This document shows, piece by piece, positions 57,821 through 63,721 of a stretch of DNA of 63,721 nucleotides. Both the position numbers and the translations under genes were made by a program. Origin of the DNA: a virus (Duplodnaviria; Caudoviricetes); IMG/VR virus record IMGVR_UViG_3300033273_000571, positions 1-63,721 of that record. The stretch is one strand, 5' to 3'. Position 1 is the first letter of the stretch, and each line of letters opens with the position of its first letter. Under the pieces are notes generated by a model. That model was not told the origin of the DNA and made no database searches. It was given only the letters and a program-made list of their open reading frames with translations.

Positions 57821-59193
57821 TATGCTGCACTCACTTTAACGTAAACTGATGAGTCTGAAAGTTTTGATCCTGCATAGTTAACCATGTAGGACATAAAATC
57901 ATCTTGTTGTTTTTTCTTTGCTGTATGTAAAGCATGTGCAATCGTTGTTACACCAAGCTTTGCATGAATTCTATCAATAGTAGCAGATTCTAATCCTTCA
58001 TCAAACTCTTGTTGTGTGATTGATGAATCGATTGCCTTTGCCTTTCTAAATAAATCTGGCGCTTTCTTTGTGCGTAAAATTGTTCTCGCTTCAGTTTTTA
58101 GTTGAGCATTTGTCGGTAGCTTTACATTTAAGAAAGTACTTGCAGCATATTCAAGTTGGGAATATCCTGCTCTACCACCACGTGCACCTTTCAAAATGAT
58201 TTCCATATTGATTGCACCCATAGCGCTTGGAGATCTCATATCTGCTTTTGATGTTCTATCAAAGAATATGTCAGCACCTTTACCAGACCAGAATGTAGAT
58301 TTTCTTTGCTCAGCCTTAACTCTCACACGAGTAAACTCATGACGATCAAGTTCTTTCTCTTCCATGTTCAAGACCTGATGCTTTGCTTTTGCTTCAAGCT
58401 TGTTGATTTGCTTGAGCGAAATACCTACAATATCACGTGATACAAAGTTCTTTGCAAGTGTAGCATTCAATGTTTCAATCGATGTAGGATCTAAAGCTCT
58501 CTTCACATCTACGCCAGATCTGACTGCCCAGATATCACCTGGATTCCATTTGTCATCCGTTAGAACTGGTTTACCTGAGTTTTTAAATGCAGTCTTTTTC
58601 ATATTGTAGATTGCTTTCATAGTAGCAGATCCACGATGAAACTTATGCTGCTTCGTAACAAATCCTTCTTTAATCAAATGCTTTGCAGTTACATATGCTG
58701 AGTAATGCCATTCAGCTGCAGCCTTCATCATTTTTTCAAATGACACATCTACATCGATTCCGCGCATATGACCTTTTAAAAGTTCTGGCGTGAAGTGAGA
58801 AAACTCTTGATCGCCTTCTTTTAGCATAGCTTCAAGATACAAGCATTGTAATGACTCACCATCGGCAGTATTACCAGTCGCACCAGCTCCAGCACCTTTA
58901 CCACCAAAGAGTGGCGACTTACCAATTTGATTTGATTCTAAGCTTTGACCATTTGAAAGCTTAAGCGAAAACGTTTTGTCTGATTCAGATTTAATAAATG
59001 TTTCAACCGCTTTGATATTGTCGGTTGTATTCGGAACATCTACATCTTTACCGTTTTTATCTGGAATAGGATTCCCAGCCTTGATTGCATCAATTAACGC
59101 GTTGAGACGCTTGTCTCCATACTTGAACCATTCGGCTCTCGTCATTGGACTAAACACGGCTTTCTCCAGTAAAAATGCTTTTAACCTGAGCAT
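57820..59193 (-). CDS. putative PD-(D/E)xK restriction-like endonuclease with capsid-targeting leader
   Basis: TADGES, DKWNPGDIW...IVGISLK. Confidence 0.6.
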   Translation of the reverse strand: MLRLKAFLLEKAVFSPMTRAEWFKYGDKRLNALIDAIKAGNPIPDKNGKDVDVPNTTDNIKAVETFIKSESDKTFSLKLSNGQSLESNQIGKSPLFGGKGAGAGATGNTADGESLQCLYLEAMLKEGDQEFSHFTPELLKGHMRGIDVDVSFEKMMKAAAEWHYSAYVTAKHLIKEGFVTKQHKFHRGSATMKAIYNMKKTAFKNSGKPVLTDDKWNPGDIWAVRSGVDVKRALDPTSIETLNATLAKNFVSRDIVGISLKQINKLEAKAKHQVLNMEEKELDRHEFTRVRVKAEQRKSTFWSGKGADIFFDRTSKADMRSPSAMGAINMEIILKGARGGRAGYSQLEYAASTFLNVKLPTNAQLKTEARTILRTKKAPDLFRKAKAIDSSITQQEFDEGLESATIDRIHAKLGVTTIAHALHTAKKKQQDDFMSYMVNYAGSKLSDSSVYVKVSAA

Positions 59194-59226
59194 AAAAATA
59201 GTACCACAATAAAAGTATTATGGTAC

Positions 59227-59234
59227 TATTTATA
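59227..59234 (-). promoter_or_regulatory. T4-type late promoter heading the internal-protein operon
   Basis: TATAAATA overlapping an inverted repeat. Confidence 0.75.
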
Positions 59235-59239
59235 CGTTT

Positions 59240-59545
59240 TTAACGTTCGTAAATGTAAACGTCAACCTCAGAAGCATTCTCGAGACCGCCGACAATATTG
59301 CCGAAGTAATCATAAGAGACAGGATTAGGAGTATTCATCCATTCATAATGTGGATGAACCTTAATCATTTTTTTGAAAGGACGACGGCCACGAAGGACCA
59401 TGCGATAGCGAAGGTCTGAACCAACTTCTTTTTCGTCAGCGTTCATACCTTTTACGCGAAGACGGATTGACTCAATATCACCGTCAAAGTTTTTGTCAAG
59501 AGTCTTGAAAGTTCCGATATAGCTTTCTGATACACGATTTTTCAT
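59240..59545 (-). CDS. hypothetical early protein
   Basis: GAGGAG SD before MKNRVS; early promoter upstream. Confidence 0.65.
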   Translation of the reverse strand: MKNRVSESYIGTFKTLDKNFDGDIESIRLRVKGMNADEKEVGSDLRYRMVLRGRRPFKKMIKVHPHYEWMNTPNPVSYDYFGNIVGGLENASEVDVYIYER

Positions 59546-59570
59546 AATATTCTCCTCAATTTGTAGGTTC

Positions 59571-59598
59571 ATTATACTATATTAGGAGAAGATGTACA
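59571..59598 (-). promoter_or_regulatory. early promoter
   Basis: TGTACA-N16-TATAAT. Confidence 0.65.
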
Positions 59599-59669
59599 TA
59601 TGTTTGTTACAATTAATAATGCTAATCATAACAAACATTTGCATACAAAAGTTAAAAAAAGAAGCAGCA

Positions 59670-60626
59670 TTAAGATGCTTCAGCAAATTCGATAGCAGTT
59701 TCCAAAGCGTTTTTCTTACGCGTTTGGTTTCCACCGAACCATGACGAATACAGACGATTGTCTGCGTTACGACCTTGGACGTGGTCAGTAACAAATGTCA
59801 CGGAGTTATACGCCTGCCACCATGAACCTTCAGCAAATTCAGCACCTGGCTGAGTCTCAAGAACATTGAGACATTCTTTTGCATTCCGTGACAATGTGTC
59901 CACTGACAACTTCTTATCCTGTACACGCTTATCAGATGTACGAGGATAAACCGTGTTGTAGTATTCAATCAACTTATCCATTGAGAAACGCTTCGAACCA
60001 AGGTACTCAGCCATCTCACGGTATGTTGCAAGCTTTTCAGATGCAATGCCAAGAGCTTCCTTGACTTCACCTGGATTGAACTCAACACGGTGACCAACTT
60101 TCACTTGACGTTCTGCTTGCATGCTCAGTGAAAGAGACAATGTGTTATTACAAACCACACGAATTGGCGTGAATCGAACGTCGATTGACTTACCATATTG
60201 ATGTGGATTAGAGAAAAGCAGATACGATTCAACCGTATCGCCACCAAATAGATCAAATGAATCCTTGACTTTTGCCAAAGCCCATACCATTTGACCATCT
60301 TTCAGAGATCCAGCAGTGTGCATCTCCATGTCACCAGCAAACACGTACTCGCTGAAGAATTCGAAAGCTTGCTCGTTCTGGACTGGATTCCAGTCTTTAC
60401 CTACATTGGTAAGAACTTTACCGTCAGTAGAACGAACAAGAGCTTTCTGGCCAGTGGAGATGCGTTCGCCGTTGAAGTCGACAAAAGACTCACATTCCTG
60501 AACTGACCAATCAACGCCAGCTTTTTCCATCATCTGGACTGGTGTCAAATCATTTGAAACTGAAACTCCGAGGCCATGCCAAGGAACTTCACCAGCGTAC
60601 GCCATTGTTTCAACTTGATGTGCCAT
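59670..60626 (-). CDS. DUF932/DUF945-family protein
   Basis: PWHGLG, VQN.QAF.FF, TAGSL..G..VW.LA, TPIRVVCNNTL. Confidence 0.85.
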   Translation of the reverse strand: MAHQVETMAYAGEVPWHGLGVSVSNDLTPVQMMEKAGVDWSVQECESFVDFNGERISTGQKALVRSTDGKVLTNVGKDWNPVQNEQAFEFFSEYVFAGDMEMHTAGSLKDGQMVWALAKVKDSFDLFGGDTVESYLLFSNPHQYGKSIDVRFTPIRVVCNNTLSLSLSMQAERQVKVGHRVEFNPGEVKEALGIASEKLATYREMAEYLGSKRFSMDKLIEYYNTVYPRTSDKRVQDKKLSVDTLSRNAKECLNVLETQPGAEFAEGSWWQAYNSVTFVTDHVQGRNADNRLYSSWFGGNQTRKKNALETAIEFAEAS

Positions 60627-60664
60627 AATATATTCTCCACTATGTTTTTTGTTTCGATGTGGAT

Positions 60665-60693
60665 ATTATACAGCAGCTGGACAGGAATGTACA
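60665..60693 (-). promoter_or_regulatory. early promoter
   Basis: TGTACA-N17-TATAAT with upstream A-tract. Confidence 0.8.
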
Positions 60694-60740
60694 CACTTTT
60701 TTTAAATTATTTTAAATTTATTTTTCAATAAGTTAGAAGA

Positions 60741-61061
60741 TTATATTCCAATCTGACTTAAATCAGCAAATCCTTGACCTGATGCAATAATGCAAATTCT
60801 TTCTCTTGGTTTATTCGACACCATAAACGTCCACGTCTGTGTAGAAGGATTCATCCATAGTTGATGATACAATTCTTCATCTACCTGATTAACACTTCCT
60901 GACATGAATACTAACTCTTCGCCATACACTTCTCTAAATCTTTTGAGAAATGGCTGAGTTGGGTAACATGCAACTGGAATAAACTGTTCTGGAAATTCAT
61001 CTTCTGCTTGTAATATTGGTGCTGCCATCCATAACAACATGAATATAATAAAAGTTTTCAT
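60741..61061 (-). CDS. secreted/periplasmic hypothetical protein
   Basis: signal peptide; NP.T.TWT...C.IASG. Confidence 0.7.
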   Translation of the reverse strand: MKTFIIFMLLWMAAPILQAEDEFPEQFIPVACYPTQPFLKRFREVYGEELVFMSGSVNQVDEELYHQLWMNPSTQTWTFMVSNKPRERICIIASGQGFADLSQIGI

Positions 61062-61077
61062 GTGTTTTTACCTTTAA

Positions 61078-61385
61078 AGTGGCCCGTTGGATAACAAGGT
61101 GGAGCCGTACCCCGTCTAGCATCAAGCTGCTAGTGCGAACGTTTCATCGTTTGCGTTTATTTTAAGTTAGTGTTTACGTCTACTCTGACGATTCTCCACG
61201 AATCCTTCAGTCGCCGTCGAATCTATATCTGCCCCATCAAAAATGCATCAACGATTAGGCGTACACTCCTAATCTGACCCGACCCTGTGTACGGAGTCTT
61301 TATGTATTAAAGGCGATGCATTTTTGGTGGAGCAGGAGGGATTCGCACCCTCGTCCGTCAACCTATCTCTTCGCTTCAGCGAATT
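61078..61385 (-). ncRNA. ssrA: circularly permuted (two-piece) tmRNA; tag ANDETFALAA
   Basis: acceptor piece ending GAGGG-TGCGAAT-CCCTC-CTGCTCC-A-CCA (CCA at 61325-61327) precedes the GGGGCAG 5' end at 61235; G3:U pair; tag ORF 61154..61122; outer ends approximate. Confidence 0.92.
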
Positions 61386-61610
61386 CTATAAATCGGTTAA
61401 GTGTTCTAGCCACTCACCCGCTTCTCCTTTGGAAGTAAACCATCTAATGATAGTCATACCTGTATGTACATTGAGTGCAAACATCTGGATTTGAGTTCCA
61501 TATGTCGACGTCTTGATGATCCAATCATTTAACATTGCGGGTTCGTAAGACTCAAACTCGCATTCGTCACGTGATGACCATGTATAATTTTCTGGGTTTT
61601 TTCCGTTCAT
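61386..61610 (-). CDS. hypothetical early protein
   Basis: start reassigned to MNGKNP, just below the promoter at 61621. Confidence 0.6.
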   Translation of the reverse strand: MNGKNPENYTWSSRDECEFESYEPAMLNDWIIKTSTYGTQIQMFALNVHTGMTIIRWFTSKGEAGEWLEHLTDL

Positions 61611-61620
61611 AATAGTATTT

Positions 61621-61649
61621 ATTATACTACGAAACTCAATCGAAGTACA
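61621..61649 (-). promoter_or_regulatory. early promoter upstream of the small ORF and tmRNA
   Basis: TGTACT-N17-TATAAT. Confidence 0.7.
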
Positions 61650-61655
61650 TATTTC

Positions 61656-61663
61656 TATAAATA
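61656..61663 (+). promoter_or_regulatory. T4-type late promoter
   Basis: TATAAATA upstream of 61690. Confidence 0.7.
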
Positions 61664-61689
61664 TAATAGAGAGAAGAGAGGACCTCCCC

Positions 61690-62136
61690 ATGATATTCGA
61701 AGCAATAGCGGCTATTAAGATCGCCAATGAAGCCATTGGTGCGGTCAAAGAGCTATGCGGTCACATTCAATCTGTCGGCCAGATGGGGCCACAGTTAACT
61801 AAATTAGCAGACTCCAAAGAGGCTATTCAAAAGAAAGCTGAAGAAGGAGACATGGATGCTTTCTTTGCTCTTGAAGATATTCGACGTCAAGAAGCTGAAA
61901 TTAAACAAATGTTTATTTATCAGGGACGGGCAGGACTCTGGGATGATTACCAGAAGTTTATGCGTACTCGGAAAGAGATGAGAGAGAATGAAAGAAGAAG
62001 ATTAGCTGCGAAAAAAGCTGCTCAAAAGAAAATGATCAAAGACGTCATAATATATGGCAGCCTTACTATTGGAGCGCTGATGTTAATCGGCGGTGCAATT
62101 TGGGGCGTAATGTGGATGGTATCGCTCAAGGGGTAA
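61690..62136 (+). CDS. coiled-coil protein with C-terminal TM
   Basis: late promoter TATAAATA at 61656 and GAGG SD. Confidence 0.75.
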   Translation: MIFEAIAAIKIANEAIGAVKELCGHIQSVGQMGPQLTKLADSKEAIQKKAEEGDMDAFFALEDIRRQEAEIKQMFIYQGRAGLWDDYQKFMRTRKEMRENERRRLAAKKAAQKKMIKDVIIYGSLTIGALMLIGGAIWGVMWMVSLKG

Positions 62137-62139
62137 CAT

Positions 62140-62721
62140 ATGGAATTTATCATCGATCAACTATATAGCTTCTGGCAGTTTACCATTGTTGGTATCGTAA
62201 TTCTTATCGGATGGATTGCTAATCTATTTGGTATCGATCAAGACGAACAGATTATCGGATTCTCATATAAAAAGATGCCACTAATGCAACCAATTAAAAT
62301 TGACACTGCAGGAAAGGGATTCTGGGGTGCAGTATGGTTATGGTTCATGGGTGTACGTCAATGGAGAATTGCAGAAGATTTTCATTTCAAATTAAAAGGT
62401 GAGAGCTATGTGATTCCGGCTGGCTTTGAATTTGATGGTGCATCTGTACCTAAATTCTTGGCATCATGGTTATCTCCAACCGGAGTTTTATTGATGGGTG
62501 GTCTGATTCATGACTACGCCTACAAGTATGAAACACTCAAAAGAAGAGACGGTTCTACTATGGGAACATTAAGCCAGAAGCAGGCTGACGTTATTTTCAG
62601 AGATATAAATATTGAACAAAACGGATTTCATCTACTGAACTATCTTGCATATTGGGCATTACGTATCGGTGGATTTGTCGCATGGAATGCTCATAGAAAA
62701 CATAACGCAAAGGTGAAGTGA
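62140..62721 (+). CDS. DUF1353-family protein
   Basis: IPAGFEFDGASVP, IHDYAY, AD.IF. Confidence 0.8.
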   Translation: MEFIIDQLYSFWQFTIVGIVILIGWIANLFGIDQDEQIIGFSYKKMPLMQPIKIDTAGKGFWGAVWLWFMGVRQWRIAEDFHFKLKGESYVIPAGFEFDGASVPKFLASWLSPTGVLLMGGLIHDYAYKYETLKRRDGSTMGTLSQKQADVIFRDINIEQNGFHLLNYLAYWALRIGGFVAWNAHRKHNAKVK

Positions 62722-62951
62722 TGTTAGAAGTATTATTAGTATTCTCGGTGAATAGTGGACCGCAAGAGATATCAGATAGAATTTTCTATTCTTATGAAGA
62801 ATGCACGGAATTTGTCAATACAATTGCTGGTATGGATGTTGTTAACTCAGATCGTGGATTCAGATTTATTGCATCAGACGGATTACTATTTGACGGACAA
62901 TGTGTTGAGATGAAAGAATGGTTTCTAAAACAAGGTAGAACGGAGACCTAA
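62718..62951 (+). CDS. hypothetical protein
   Basis: GTGA overlap with the upstream gene. Confidence 0.6.
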   Translation: MMLEVLLVFSVNSGPQEISDRIFYSYEECTEFVNTIAGMDVVNSDRGFRFIASDGLLFDGQCVEMKEWFLKQGRTET

Positions 62952-63220
62952 CTCCGTTCATCATGAATATACAATTGAATCAAAGCATAGTGAAGGACCT
63001 TTAATAGGTCCTTCCTAGCATCTACCTTAGAACCTTTCTTACCGTATCGTTGAGCATACTTCATTACATTGCCGATACAGAATCCTGTTCCGTGACCACC
63101 ATCAATAATAAACTCAGTTGCCTGAAACTTATCTTTTGAGTAATGTTCACCATACGTCTTATCAATATAAGACATGAACTCAGCCATTAATTCATCTTCA
63201 CGATACTTGTAATCAATCAT
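62948..63220 (-). CDS. DUF3310-like protein
   Basis: YIDKTYGEHYS, GFCIGNVMKYAQRYGKK, DLLKVLHYA. Confidence 0.75.
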   Translation of the reverse strand: MIDYKYREDELMAEFMSYIDKTYGEHYSKDKFQATEFIIDGGHGTGFCIGNVMKYAQRYGKKGSKVDARKDLLKVLHYALIQLYIHDERS

Positions 63221-63392
63221 TCTTTTTCCTATTAAAAAAATTGTGAGGATCAATTTGATCAATCCACATATCACTCAATGCGGAAACATAGGCGTCATAT
63301 GTTTTATACATAAACTCCTCTTGTTTATCGCCTGGAATAAAAACTTCCTGAAACTCTTCAGGAGTAATATCCATTTCAATCTTTATTTTCAT
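63213..63392 (-). CDS. hypothetical protein
   Basis: hand translation MKIKIEMDITPEEFQEVFIPGDKQ... (59 aa). Confidence 0.55.
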   Translation of the reverse strand: MKIKIEMDITPEEFQEVFIPGDKQEEFMYKTYDAYVSALSDMWIDQIDPHNFFNRKKND

Positions 63393-63543
63393 TATGATTT
63401 ATCCATCGTTTACATATTTTAATAAAATCATCCCGTTGCCATATGATTTTATCATGAGATAATTCTGGTGGATCATTGGCAATATATCGAATTAATTCTT
63501 CAGCCTTTAAAAGGTCAGTAGCAAGTATTTTTTCATCCTTCAT
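63376..63543 (-). CDS. hypothetical protein
   Basis: MKDEKIL...IANDPPELSHDKI.WQRDD. Confidence 0.6.
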   Translation of the reverse strand: MKDEKILATDLLKAEELIRYIANDPPELSHDKIIWQRDDFIKICKRWINHNENKD

Positions 63544-63712
63544 CTTCAACTTCCCAATATCTACAATAAAACATGTCGCCATACTCATCGATTACTTCCT
63601 GAGGATAGCCCTCTTTGAGCAACCACTCAGTAACATTTTCTACATCTCTAGGCATAGGTTTTGGAAAACCATACATCCAACCAGAGGGCGGATCACACAT
63701 CTTAACCTTCAT
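63533..63712 (-). CDS. hypothetical protein
   Basis: hand translation MKVKMCDPPSGWMYGFPKP...WLLKEGYP (59 aa). Confidence 0.65.
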   Translation of the reverse strand: MKVKMCDPPSGWMYGFPKPMPRDVENVTEWLLKEGYPQEVIDEYGDMFYCRYWEVEDEG

Positions 63713-63721
63713 TTTCAGCCC

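Noticed and set aside
308-60506. Many short ORFs in the track that lie antisense or out of frame inside long genes (e.g. 308..580, 7370..7681, 17560..18048, 33548..33895, 46256..46564)
   Set aside because: They are shadows of well-supported genes and have no SD, promoter or recognisable motifs
61610-61748. N-terminal extension of ORF 61386..61748
   Set aside because: It overlaps the divergent promoters and the + strand gene; the real start is more likely ATG 61610
1-63721. Alternative genetic code or stop-codon reassignment
   Set aside because: Core genes are full length in the standard code and coding density is high

Overview
This 63.7 kb window is from a T4-like myovirus, probably marine and probably infecting an alphaproteobacterium (host inferred from the tmRNA type). 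In order it contains: (i) a baseplate/tail module (VrlC-like structural protein, gp8, gp9-like, gp7-like, gp6, gp25, gp5, gp53, gp48, gp4, gp2, gp54-like, gp26, gp51, tape-measure-like protein); (ii) gp32 and gp33; (iii) small early genes with tRNA-Arg(TCT) and an adjacent unidentified structured RNA; (iv) a 12-gene glycosylation island; (v) a cassette of fibre/lectin genes that share N-terminal modules; (vi) nucleotide and DNA metabolism genes (nucleotidase, Cas4-like exonuclease, DenV-like, RNase H, GIY-YIG, nrdB, nrdA fused to glutaredoxin) and spanins; (vii) an 11 kb late operon whose proteins carry T4-like capsid-targeting N-termini and Glu-linked polyprotein modules, including a PD-(D/E)xK nuclease, a KxDG ligase-like protein and an HxGH-type nucleotidyltransferase; (viii) a circularly permuted tmRNA. 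Main leads: the virion-delivered enzyme/polyprotein operon with a hairpin-gated nuclease, a U_UUU_UUA -1 frameshift joining gp26 to gp51, the two-piece tmRNA, a kissing-loop ncRNA, and possible virion O-glycosylation at Asp-Ser motifs. All product calls come from motif recognition by eye; no database searches were run.
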